Source: a bacterium
GTDB lineage: Bacteria; Patescibacteriota; Minisyncoccia; Minisyncoccales; GWA2-46-15
Assembly: GCA_030693425.1 (NCBI GenBank)
Contig: JAUYAM010000002.1
Coordinates: forward strand, 320,632-384,631
Direction: 5' to 3'
DNA length: 64,000 nucleotides
Made by a program: the position numbers and the translations under genes. This document shows positions 18,104 to 26,741 of this stretch, in pieces (position 1 is the stretch's first letter; the number at the start of each line of letters is the position of its first letter). The notes under the pieces were generated by a model. That model was not told the DNA's origin, ran no database searches, and saw nothing but the letters and a program-made list of their open reading frames with translations.

Positions 18104-18424
18104 CTATTTTAGTTTTAGACGTTCTCGGATAATCAACGTGATGGTCGCCACAAACATTGGAAAAATCAGAATAAAAAGATATTCCTCTAAGGGTAATCCG
18201 CTGCCTGACGGACCAAACCAAACTCCAAGCGTTGGTGCCGCATCATACCACCACAGGCCTGTTTTCACCGAAAGCATATCCCAGGGAACCCCAAAAATAA
18301 AAGCAAAAAAGACAGTTAAAAGAAAAGTTTTTTTATATTTTCTCAAAAAAGGAAAAAATTTTAGCCAAAACAAAACTGTAGGAAAAAGAAAAAAAATGAG
18401 TAGAAATTTAAGATAAACAGGCAT
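18104..18424 (-). CDS. Lycopene-cyclase-domain protein (CrtYc-like half)
   Basis: About 106 aa, 3 TM helices, with the motif GLWWYDAAPTLGVWFGPSGSGLPLEEYLFIL. It lies 3 nt upstream of its partner gene. Confidence 0.65.
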   Translation of the reverse strand: MPVYLKFLLIFFLFPTVLFWLKFFPFLRKYKKTFLLTVFFAFIFGVPWDMLSVKTGLWWYDAAPTLGVWFGPSGSGLPLEEYLFILIFPMFVATITLIIRERLKLK

Positions 18425-18436
18425 GGACACTAGGAA

Positions 18437-18470
18437 AAATGGCGCTGAAAACCAGAGTTGACACTATTTT
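18437..18470. repeat. Hairpin repeat family copy 3 (degenerate)
   Basis: aaaatggcgctgaaaaccagagttgacactatttt. Confidence 0.5.
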
Positions 18471-18576
18471 TGTTCTATCCGGATAGAATTTACAAATTCA
18501 CACCAAATCCAAAATTTGAGCTTAATTTTGTTCCTATCCTCGATGGTGACAGTCACCTTTCCACCTTTCCAAAATC

Positions 18577-19497
18577 TTATTTGTCATTTTTCGATGTTTC
18601 CTTCAATTTATTGATTTCTTTTTTCAGTTCTATCATTTTTAATTCTCGGCCGATTGTAAGTTTGTTAAATCTCTCTAAGTCATTGACTTTTTCTTGAAGC
18701 TCTTTCGTTTTTTGTGTGACTTTTTCTGCCAGCCCCTCTCTTTCTTCTTTTAAAGCTTCTGTCCTGTCTTTTAATTTTTCAGCCATGACATTAAAGCTAA
18801 AAAACAGATCTCCGATTTCATCTTGTCTCTTGGTTTTAACCCGATAGTCTAATCCGTCGCTTCCAATTTTCTCCATTCCGCTAAGCAATTGTTTGATTGG
18901 ATCTATTACTGTAATTTTTATTGAAAAGGAAAGGGTGCCGATGATGGCCAGGATGGATATCAAGGTAATCAATAAAAACTCTCTTTGCGTTTTGGCAATA
19001 ATTTTTTCTAAGGAGTCCAAAGATAGTTTTATACTGTAAATGCCGACTCTTTGGCCGCCAATATGAACAGGAGTAATGACTCTCAGCACATTGGTGCCAT
19101 CTAATTCGGTCACAACCTTAGTGGAAATCGTCCCGTCTTGATAGGAAGCAATACTTTCTGGAATAGCCATTTTTCCAATCAGGCTAGTATCATTAGAAGC
19201 TATAATTTTTAAACCAGTTTCAACGGGCAAGCTAATGCTGATTCCGACAATATTAGAGCTTAGCCATATCATCTTGTAAATATTGGATTGCAGCTTGGCA
19301 ACATCGTTTAATTCGTTTTTGCTGCCAATGCTGGCATCAAGCGCTTGAGCCAAACTGATGGCTGAATCGCGAAAAGAATCATAGAAAATCTTCCTCTGGT
19401 TATTGACGCTCAAATAATAAAAAACCGAAAGGGTCAAAGCAATAACCAGGGTAACGACAATGAGTAGTTTTAATTGAAGATTAGGTTTAAATTTCAT
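18577..19497 (-). CDS. Membrane sensor-like protein: TM - periplasmic domain - TM - HAMP - coiled coil, with no output domain
   Basis: The HAMP region is IKQLLSGMEKIGSDGLDYRVKTKRQDEIGDLFFSFNVMAEKLK, followed only by a Glu/Lys-rich coiled coil. No HisKA/HATPase or MCP signalling motif is present. Confidence 0.7.
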   Translation of the reverse strand: MKFKPNLQLKLLIVVTLVIALTLSVFYYLSVNNQRKIFYDSFRDSAISLAQALDASIGSKNELNDVAKLQSNIYKMIWLSSNIVGISISLPVETGLKIIASNDTSLIGKMAIPESIASYQDGTISTKVVTELDGTNVLRVITPVHIGGQRVGIYSIKLSLDSLEKIIAKTQREFLLITLISILAIIGTLSFSIKITVIDPIKQLLSGMEKIGSDGLDYRVKTKRQDEIGDLFFSFNVMAEKLKDRTEALKEEREGLAEKVTQKTKELQEKVNDLERFNKLTIGRELKMIELKKEINKLKETSKNDK

Positions 19498-19539
19498 TTA
19501 AAATGAAAGATTTGTCTTTTCCAAAAACAATAGTCCTTT

Positions 19540-20346
19540 TTACTGGCTCAACCACTTTTCTTCTATCTTCTTGAGCTCTCCCTCCCGCTTAAGCCGCCTT
19601 ATGGTTTTATTAATCTGCGAAAGCAACCCTGGCTGATCTTTTTGAATGGCAATTCCGTAAAACTCCTGGGTAAAAATATCCCCCACTATTTGCAAGTCTT
19701 TTTCCTTGGCTGTCATTCCAACCGCTGCCGGATAATCGATAATAATCGCGTCGATCTTGCCTTTAAGCAAATCTTCTTTGGCTAAATCATAATTCTCATA
19801 AGTGTTCACCAAAGACGGATTAGCGGCATATTTCCGCGCCTCTTCTTCGCTGGTGGTTCCGACCTGAACCCCTACCCTATATTCCTTTAGGTCTTCTGGC
19901 TCATTAATGATCCTTTTCTTGTCTGTCGTGCTTACAATCACCTGACCGGCATTAAAATAGGGGTCAGAAAAGCCCAGAGTCTCAGCTCTTTCCCTGGTAA
20001 TGGTGATGGCAGATATGATCATGTCCACTTCCTTGTTCTTAACAGCATCAAAAATTTCTTCCCAAATAATATTCTTGAATTTTGCTTCAACGCCAAGATC
20101 TGAAGCAATCTCCTTGGCTATATCTATATCCATGCCGAAGAAGTTTCCCTGTTCGTCCACGCTTTCCATGGGCGGATAAGTGGCGTCGGTGCCGATAATA
20201 ATCTCGCCTCTCTTTTTTATCTCATTGATTCTTCCCAGCTCGGGCGCCCTGCCTCTCTCTGAAAAGAACTGGTTATAGATGAAAAACCCGAAACCTCCAA
20301 GCGCAAATATGATTACTATTGCCAAAACAATTATTCTCTTGGTCAT
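19540..20346 (-). CDS. Amino-acid-type ABC/sensor substrate-binding protein (SBP_bac_3 fold)
   Basis: IIIGTDATYPPMESVDEQGNFFGMDIDIAKEIA, MIISAITITRERAE and DAIIIDYPAA are family-3 SBP motifs. ATG at 20346 (MTKRIIVLAIV signal anchor) is preferred. Confidence 0.8.
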   Translation of the reverse strand: MTKRIIVLAIVIIFALGGFGFFIYNQFFSERGRAPELGRINEIKKRGEIIIGTDATYPPMESVDEQGNFFGMDIDIAKEIASDLGVEAKFKNIIWEEIFDAVKNKEVDMIISAITITRERAETLGFSDPYFNAGQVIVSTTDKKRIINEPEDLKEYRVGVQVGTTSEEEARKYAANPSLVNTYENYDLAKEDLLKGKIDAIIIDYPAAVGMTAKEKDLQIVGDIFTQEFYGIAIQKDQPGLLSQINKTIRRLKREGELKKIEEKWLSQ

Positions 20347-20492
20347 ATTAAGTACTGTTATTATTTCGAGCGAAGTGAGAAACAAGGTTCTTGCCGAAGG
20401 CAAGGTTCTTATTTTGTTTTACTTAACGACCTTTTACTCTTGTCAATGTGAAAAGTGACATTGACTCTACTTTGTATTCTATTGTCAACCTT

Positions 20493-20501
20493 ATTCTAGC
20501 A
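20493..20501 (-). promoter_or_regulatory. Extended -10 TGcTAGAAT
   Basis: Minus strand reads gatgggtttttGCTAGAATaagg. A second TAGAAT lies at 20481-20476. Confidence 0.35.
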
Positions 20502-20621
20502 AAAACCCATCTTTACCAAAAGGCGGATTGGCGATCTTTTGAGCCTAGTTTACCCTGAGCCGAGTCGAAGGGCTCCGCCCATATTTTTGTTCGATGACAG
20601 TCACCTTTCCAGCCAATGATT

Positions 20622-20646
20622 AAAAAAGGTACCTGACCCCTTTCCC
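20622..20646. repeat. Solo copy of the 'aaaaggtacctgacccctt' repeat
   Basis: aaaaaaggtacctgacccctttccc, in the same orientation as the copies at 13951-13973 and 21913-21939. Confidence 0.8.
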
Positions 20647-20658
20647 TCCTTTTCCCTC

Positions 20659-21057
20659 TTAATCTTTTACAATTGTAACAATTATTTTCCTGTCTCTCGG
20701 CCCGTCTAATTCTAATAAAAATATTTGCTGCCAAGTTCCCCGAATTATCTGACCGCCTCTAAGAGGAAGTATCTTTTCTTGGCCCACAAGACCGGAAAGA
20801 ATATGAGAATCGGCATTATCGTCGATTTTATCATGCTGAAAACCTGAACCGGAAACTAACTTTTTAAGAAAAACTAACCAATCTTGCTTTAAACCCTCTT
20901 CGTTTTCGGTTAATAAAATACCGGCTGTTGAATGCGGCACGAACACCAAAACTAACCCGTCTTTAATACCGCTTTCTTTTACCACTTTCTCAACCTCATC
21001 AGTAATATCAATCAACTGATATCTTTCCTGGCTTGAAACACTAAATTCGCTTATCAT
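20659..21057 (-). CDS. YjbQ/UPF0047 family protein
   Basis: QLIDITDEVEKVV, LVFVPHSTAGILLTENEEG, DNADSHI and GTWQQIFLLELDGPRDR are conserved UPF0047 blocks. ATG at 21057 is preferred over the TTG track start. Confidence 0.8.
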   Translation of the reverse strand: MISEFSVSSQERYQLIDITDEVEKVVKESGIKDGLVLVFVPHSTAGILLTENEEGLKQDWLVFLKKLVSGSGFQHDKIDDNADSHILSGLVGQEKILPLRGGQIIRGTWQQIFLLELDGPRDRKIIVTIVKD

Positions 21058-21073
21058 TTTTATGTTATATATA

Positions 21074-21079
21074 ATTCTA
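21074..21079 (-). promoter_or_regulatory. -10 box TAGAAT for yjbQ-like gene
   Basis: Minus strand reads cgTAGAATtatatataacataaaaATG. Confidence 0.4.
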
Positions 21080-21227
21080 CGAGTCAAAAGGAGCTAAGCT
21101 CCTTAGAAAAGCTCCTTGGAATACTTACAGAATCGACTTTTTGCTTAGAATAGATTTGACCCCCATTTTTACTTGACAAGCATTCTGTATTTGATAATAT
21201 TATAATATCACTACGAAAAAGACCCTG

Positions 21228-21755
21228 TTAAGGCTCGTCCTTAATGGGGGCTTTTTCTTTATTATTCAAAGAAATTTTATTTTTGACGTCATTCAGATAA
21301 GTGATTGGCGCGTTGGTTCTTTTTAATAATATTGAACATCTTTTTTGAATACTTGGGGAAAGTATGATTCTCAGTTTATTTTTTTCTTGCAAAAATTTTA
21401 CCAAACCGGCGTAATCTCCGTCGCTGGTAACTAACACTAGTTTTTCGCAAGAATTTTCATAAACATCCCTAGCTGCCCGTAAAACTAAATCGGCATCGCA
21501 ATTACCCTTTGGTTTGCCTTCTCCGTCATAAACCACTTCTTTAAAAATCAGAGTAAATCCGGCCTTTTGCAGCGCCTCATACATGTCTTTTTCCTTAGGG
21601 ATTAAACCAATAAAATAATAAGCTCTATCTACTCCATATTTGTCCTTTAGCCACTTTCTGAATCTGGAAAAATCAATCTTCCAGCCAGAATTATTTACTC
21701 CGCGGTATAAGTTATTGCCGTCTATAAACGCGTAATTATTTTCTTCTTTCTCCAT
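21228..21755 (-). CDS. NYN-domain (LabA-like) putative RNase
   Basis: NYAFIDGNNLY...AYYFIG...GNCDADLVLRAARD...LVLVTSDGDYAGLVKFL are the PIN-like acidic residue blocks of NYN/LabA proteins. Confidence 0.8.
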   Translation of the reverse strand: MEKEENNYAFIDGNNLYRGVNNSGWKIDFSRFRKWLKDKYGVDRAYYFIGLIPKEKDMYEALQKAGFTLIFKEVVYDGEGKPKGNCDADLVLRAARDVYENSCEKLVLVTSDGDYAGLVKFLQEKNKLRIILSPSIQKRCSILLKRTNAPITYLNDVKNKISLNNKEKAPIKDEP

Positions 21756-21912
21756 AATTTTACCTGCCCCGTAGCGTCCCGCTTTTAGCGGGACTGCTAC
21801 TGGGGTTTCTCAATTAATTCCCTCTTTTTGTTTTGCGTTCTCCGAGGCGCCCGGAGGACGACTCATTTCCGCCACGCACTTCCGAAGTCCCTCGACAAAC
21901 TCGGGACGGATA

Positions 21913-21939
21913 ATAAAAGGTACCTGACCCCTTTTCTCC
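21913..21939. repeat. Solo copy of the 'aaaaggtacctgacccctt' repeat
   Basis: ataaaaggtacctgaccccttttctcc. Confidence 0.8.
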
Positions 21940-22018
21940 TTTTAGATTATTTCTAAATGATTCAATACGGACTATTTATCTCGTCTTTTATCAGTCACGC
22001 AAAATGAAGATTTAAATT

Positions 22019-22690
22019 TTAAACATAAAACGTTAATGATTTATCTTTGTAATAATCCCTAAGCTCATTTTCAATTTTTTCTTTTGCCCCGTAAGCTCTC
22101 CCGCTGTAATGAGTCAGTTGTACAAAATTAATCATTCGATTATCTATTTTTACAGAAAATCTTTTTGAATTTATTTCATTTAATTTAACCGAATAGTAAT
22201 CTTTAAAGAATTTTTTAATAAAATAATATGTTGTACCTCCAAAACAAAAAACTGTTTTTATCTGGAAAACAGCTATCTCTTTGAGTAAAGCCTCCCCGCA
22301 CTTTTCTAAGATTTCGGGATTTGCCCTAACAACCGCATATACCTCTCCTGAGTTAGTATATTTATCTCTTTCTAAAAACTTCCTGAGGATTGAATGCTTT
22401 ATAAAATCAGATAGATAGCTTCCCTTTAATTTTTCTCTAATGTTTTTGCTTTTAAAATTTCCTATCAAGGCCAAAATAGGATGCCTCATATTATCCAACT
22501 CTAAACGATATAGATTAGGCAAACTACGATTCAAACCCAAAAACATTGTTTTTAACCTTTCTTTACTGGTTATTTTAGATAATTTACATTCAAAATACTC
22601 GTCTGGCAATAAAATACTAATATCTTCCAATGTTGTTGAGGGAACCTCAGAAATCATTTTTTTAAATTGTGCGTGATTTATGTTCTTCAT
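22019..22690 (-). CDS. Hypothetical protein, possibly a divergent uracil-DNA-glycosylase-fold protein
   Basis: 223 aa. TMFLGLNRS sits where UDG motif A (G-x-N/D-P-G/Y) would be. VQLTHYSGRAYG sits where motif B (H-P-S-x) would be. Both carry substitutions (P->R, P->Y). Weak, motif-only. Confidence 0.3.
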   Translation of the reverse strand: MKNINHAQFKKMISEVPSTTLEDISILLPDEYFECKLSKITSKERLKTMFLGLNRSLPNLYRLELDNMRHPILALIGNFKSKNIREKLKGSYLSDFIKHSILRKFLERDKYTNSGEVYAVVRANPEILEKCGEALLKEIAVFQIKTVFCFGGTTYYFIKKFFKDYYSVKLNEINSKRFSVKIDNRMINFVQLTHYSGRAYGAKEKIENELRDYYKDKSLTFYV

Positions 22691-22722
22691 AAAACTTTCC
22701 TTTATTTCGTCCTAAATTTTGA

Positions 22723-23112
22723 TTAAAGTGTAATCTCACGAATTTCTAATTGTGTTTTGCCTTCTTTTTTCGGTTGTTGAAAATTGATCAAAAGACCGTT
22801 TCTGATCTTTAAAATCTTCATGTAATTCTTAATCTGTTGTTCTTCCGACAAACCCAAACTGCCGCCGACTGCCTTCAACTCCAAGATTATTTTTTCCTGG
22901 CCAAAATGAACAATTATATCCGGATATCCTTCGCCCACATAATACTCTCTATATTTAAGTTCTACCACCTTTTGGCTCTCATATTTTATTTTTGCAAGGC
23001 GCAGCCCAACCTGCATCGCTTTATCATAAACATCTTCTGAAAAACCAGAACCAAGATTCTTATAAACGTCTTTTGCGATGGAAATTATTCTTTGAATTTT
23101 AATATTTTTCAT
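22723..23112 (-). CDS. GxxExxY family protein (PD-(D/E)xK nuclease fold)
   Basis: 129 aa. It has GSGFSEDVYDKAM (G-x-x-E-x-x-Y), YPDIIV and ILELKAV. Confidence 0.8.
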   Translation of the reverse strand: MKNIKIQRIISIAKDVYKNLGSGFSEDVYDKAMQVGLRLAKIKYESQKVVELKYREYYVGEGYPDIIVHFGQEKIILELKAVGGSLGLSEEQQIKNYMKILKIRNGLLINFQQPKKEGKTQLEIREITL

Positions 23113-23151
23113 ATTTTTATTTTCGTCAGCTTCCTAATTTTCTCTTTGAGT

Positions 23152-24780
23152 TCAAATATTATAAGCAAATTTAATATAATCGCCGATTTTGTTTTCGAGT
23201 TGTCTATTCCGATTTAGTTCTTTTATTTTTTCAGCGACCTTCAGTGGTTTATTATCACGACTAGAGATTTGAATACCAAGGTATGTTTCGATATTTGGCG
23301 AAAATGTCTTTCTTCTAGTTTCTTGGTTATTCAATAATTCTAAAATTTTTCCATTGGCTCCTGAATTCAAATCCTGACCTTCTGTATCATGAATAACAAC
23401 ATAATCTATCTGAAAGTGATTAAGAACTTTTTGAAACAAGGGAATAAAATCCCTACCGCGACAATTTATAAGAGTTGTATCTTCTTTTTTATGAAGATTA
23501 GTCTCTTCACTTAAAACATTCATAAACTCTCCGCCCTCTTTAAGGGTGACAAATTCACTATCTCCTTCTAATAAGACAACTCTTCTTGCGAAAAATAATT
23601 CGTTCACTGCAGGATCAAAGCGTATAATCATCTGCAATCTTTCTTTTGCTTCTTCTCTATTTCCGCCAGTGAATATTTCTTCGCTCTGCTGAAAAGTTTT
23701 CAAGTGATTTTCTGATGTCCGCACAAAACGAATGAGGGCTTTCTTTTTGTCTACTATACGAATTAAAAAGGGAGAATGTGTTGTTAAAATTACTTGCGCT
23801 TTTCCTTCTTCAGCAATTTCGTATAAAGTATTAGTAATTTTCCTAATCATTTGTGGATGCATATATATCTCTGGCTCCTCGATCATCAGGAGATTACGAG
23901 GACCGATTTCTTTAGAAGCGGGGCTTTTGGTTTCGGCAAGGAGTTCCAAGAGTGCAAAGATAAGTGCTCTTTGAAAACCGTGACCCTGTTCTTCTGGACT
24001 TGTAGTAATTTCTCTTCCATCGTTTGCAAGAATATTCGGAGTCGGCAGAATTTTTTCGACTTTAGGCACCTCGGCATCTATCAAACTTTTAGCAGGGATA
24101 ATTCGCGATAACCTCTCTGTAATTTTCCCTTCTATTTCCTTGATTTTAGGAAGCTGTGTTCCCCCCTTAAAAAGTGCTGCATATTTTTGGAACGCACCTA
24201 ACAACTCTTTGAATTGTGGTGTTTTTTCAAGATCGTTACGCAAAATTAGATTAAACAACTGGCCGAAAACGGCTTTCGTGTTGCCTTCTGTCACATCAGA
24301 TATACTTTTTATAGCCTCAATATAAATTTTCTGCATTTTTTCATCAGTAAAAAGATCGTCGCAGTTTTGAGGCCGGCCGGTTGGATTTCTTTTTTCTTCG
24401 CCATTCACGATCGCGATATAATCACATTGAGCACTACCATCTTCCAAATAGTAATAAGACTTTCTTAAAATCCACACATCTTCTTTGTCCTCTTGTGAAA
24501 TATATGGCGATATTGCCAGATGGACTTTATCTCTATTAGTAAGATTATTAAACACAACTGTAATCACGACAGCATGGGTTTGATCATTTTGTTTATTAAA
24601 GAAGTATTCTACCGGCATCGTCTTTGTGCCAGAAAAATAAATATCTAGAGCTTTAAGGACAGAAGACTTTCCAACGTTATTCTCCCCTATTAATACTAAA
24701 ATATCGTCCGAAAAATCAAAGTCAATTGGGTCTGGACCTAGGCATTTAAAGTTCTGTATTGTGAATTTCTTGATCTTCAT
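23152..24780 (-). CDS. OLD-family nuclease: ABC-type ATPase fused to a TOPRIM domain
   Basis: Walker A GENNVGKSSVLKALD, Walker B LLMIEEPEIYMHP, TTHSP, then the TOPRIM-type motifs VVLLEGDSE and YVVIHDTEG. Confidence 0.8.
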   Translation of the reverse strand: MKIKKFTIQNFKCLGPDPIDFDFSDDILVLIGENNVGKSSVLKALDIYFSGTKTMPVEYFFNKQNDQTHAVVITVVFNNLTNRDKVHLAISPYISQEDKEDVWILRKSYYYLEDGSAQCDYIAIVNGEEKRNPTGRPQNCDDLFTDEKMQKIYIEAIKSISDVTEGNTKAVFGQLFNLILRNDLEKTPQFKELLGAFQKYAALFKGGTQLPKIKEIEGKITERLSRIIPAKSLIDAEVPKVEKILPTPNILANDGREITTSPEEQGHGFQRALIFALLELLAETKSPASKEIGPRNLLMIEEPEIYMHPQMIRKITNTLYEIAEEGKAQVILTTHSPFLIRIVDKKKALIRFVRTSENHLKTFQQSEEIFTGGNREEAKERLQMIIRFDPAVNELFFARRVVLLEGDSEFVTLKEGGEFMNVLSEETNLHKKEDTTLINCRGRDFIPLFQKVLNHFQIDYVVIHDTEGQDLNSGANGKILELLNNQETRRKTFSPNIETYLGIQISSRDNKPLKVAEKIKELNRNRQLENKIGDYIKFAYNI

Positions 24781-24843
24781 TTTTGTTCTTCAACAATTTT
24801 TATTTCCTCCGGGGTGAGGCTGTAGAGTTTATAAACCATTTGG

Positions 24844-26739
24844 TCAATTTGTTTTTCGTATTCGCGAACTTTGGATTGCTTGTTTAATTTCTGGTAAATG
24901 ACTCCTAAAATACTTCTCTGTATCTTTATCCATAAAATAAACGTACACGCCTTTATGGGCTCTGGAAAAAAGTACGCGATAAACGTTTTTTAAGTGATTC
25001 GTAAGGTTTGGATTATTGCGTTTCACTTGCGTATCATAAGAATTCTCTGGAACCGCCCGCCACTTATTTGCAACTGGATCGAAAACTAAATCTTTGCCGA
25101 AAATTACGGCGATATAATCGAATTCAAAACCTTGTGCCGTATACACAGTACCGACTTGTTCCATACCCGAATTATCTGTGGCCCACTTCCAAAACTGGTC
25201 TTTTTTCTCCCAGGGCATTTCAAAACTCCCGATTTTTACATCGTTTACCAACGAACCATCTAAATTGGGGCTGCTCCAAGGCCAACAAAATCCAGCCGCT
25301 ATACGAGCCGAGTTTGGTTTTTCTTTATTTCGTTTTCTAATTTCAGCCATCATATCTGATGGGTTATTGAAAATGCGGAATTCCATTCTTGTATCAAATT
25401 CTGTAATTTCCGTATCTTGAATTTCTAAAATATTATCTAGCCATTGCAGATAAGCGTCAGAGCCGGAACATCTAAATTGAGTTTTTAATTCGAACTCAGC
25501 TATATTTTTATTATCTATACCAAAACGCCTAGCAGTTTCCTTGATCATCGCAATGCTGCCAACTTCACTCGGCCGTACAATTTGATACTCATCTATAAAG
25601 AAAATGCTTAATTTCGCCGGTCTTATCAAATCATCTATCTGCGGGTTTTTTGACTTAAATTTAAATGGCACTCCATAGTCGTTACTATCCTTGCGAACAC
25701 GATGAGCTTCGTCGCAAATCAATATGTCGATAGAATTATCTGGTTCTTTTGTAAAATTAAAGAAAAATTTAAAAAGGTTTTTTCCCCTCTCTCCCCCAAC
25801 TATTTTTTTGAGAGTATTGGTAAATGCGGACGAACCAGTAGCATGCATAACTTTTATACCTTTTCTTAGAAGTTCTCCCATTACCTCGAGCGCAATAACT
25901 GACTTACCGGTACCGGGCCCACCTTTTACTATTACTACTGATTTTTGTTTTGTTTTCGCAAGCTGCTTAACTTTGTGCATTATCGCATTATAAGCAGCAA
26001 TTTGCTCATCGATTAAATTAAAAATTTGCCTCTTATTTATCATCTCTGATGTATGATCAAGTAATTTCTTAGACGGCTCTATTGGACTTCTTGCAAATCG
26101 CTCATAAATTATTTGTCCCCTGCCACCTTGAAGTCGTTTTTTTAAATATCTTCCTAATTCAACGGCGTCTTCCTTTGCAAATAGCGGAAAGATTTTAATT
26201 ATTCTGGAAAATTCTGGAGAAAAAAGAATAGCATTTATTTTCTTTGAATAATTATGCAGATATGCAGATGCACTTAACTCTGGCGGGTTGTTTTCTTCAA
26301 AAATCTTAAGAAAATCCTTTAGTCCGAAGTAATATCCTTGTACTTGTAGGGCGGGGTGTGGTTGTTCCTTCTTAAATTGTCCATAATTAACAATTACATT
26401 ACCGTCAGTTTCGGCGTCTTGCACATGTTGATTTGACCATTGTTTGAGTTCCACTATCACAATATTTTCTTGTCCATCTATGTCATGCCCAAAAAGTAAA
26501 ACATCAATTCTTCGCGACGAATAAGGAAGTTCATATTCGACAATTATATGGTTGTCTTTAAGGCCAGCGTAATGGAAGCTATTATTTAGGATTGCAAGCG
26601 AAATTGCCCAAGATCGATACTCGGGTTCACCGGGATTTCGGTTGTAATATGTTCGGTACTTTTCAGCCGCACGATCCGCAATGCAATTCTGCATTACATC
26701 TTCGTTAAATCGCTCAATTGTTTCTTCATAAAGAATCAT
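24844..26739 (-). CDS. DUF2075-type protein: N-terminal PD-(D/E)xK nuclease motif fused to an SF1 helicase-like ATPase
   Basis: RRIDVLLFG...VIVELKQW (D...ExK), Walker A GGPGTGKS, Walker B ICDEAHR, TVYTAQGFEFDYIAVIFG and YRVLFSRAHKGVYVY. Confidence 0.85.
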   Translation of the reverse strand: MILYEETIERFNEDVMQNCIADRAAEKYRTYYNRNPGEPEYRSWAISLAILNNSFHYAGLKDNHIIVEYELPYSSRRIDVLLFGHDIDGQENIVIVELKQWSNQHVQDAETDGNVIVNYGQFKKEQPHPALQVQGYYFGLKDFLKIFEENNPPELSASAYLHNYSKKINAILFSPEFSRIIKIFPLFAKEDAVELGRYLKKRLQGGRGQIIYERFARSPIEPSKKLLDHTSEMINKRQIFNLIDEQIAAYNAIMHKVKQLAKTKQKSVVIVKGGPGTGKSVIALEVMGELLRKGIKVMHATGSSAFTNTLKKIVGGERGKNLFKFFFNFTKEPDNSIDILICDEAHRVRKDSNDYGVPFKFKSKNPQIDDLIRPAKLSIFFIDEYQIVRPSEVGSIAMIKETARRFGIDNKNIAEFELKTQFRCSGSDAYLQWLDNILEIQDTEITEFDTRMEFRIFNNPSDMMAEIRKRNKEKPNSARIAAGFCWPWSSPNLDGSLVNDVKIGSFEMPWEKKDQFWKWATDNSGMEQVGTVYTAQGFEFDYIAVIFGKDLVFDPVANKWRAVPENSYDTQVKRNNPNLTNHLKNVYRVLFSRAHKGVYVYFMDKDTEKYFRSHLPEIKQAIQSSRIRKTN

Positions 26740-26741
26740 AA

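Noticed and set aside
17865-18221. 118-aa track ORF overlapping both lycopene-cyclase-domain genes
   Set aside because: It is out of frame with two adjacent, motif-supported membrane protein genes, and its composition is not protein-like.
20513-20734. Track ORF (73 aa) containing ...EPFDSAQGKLGSKD
   Set aside because: It is a translation of REP-like GC-rich palindromes and of the repeat at 20622-20646. It also overlaps the 3' end of the yjbQ-like gene.
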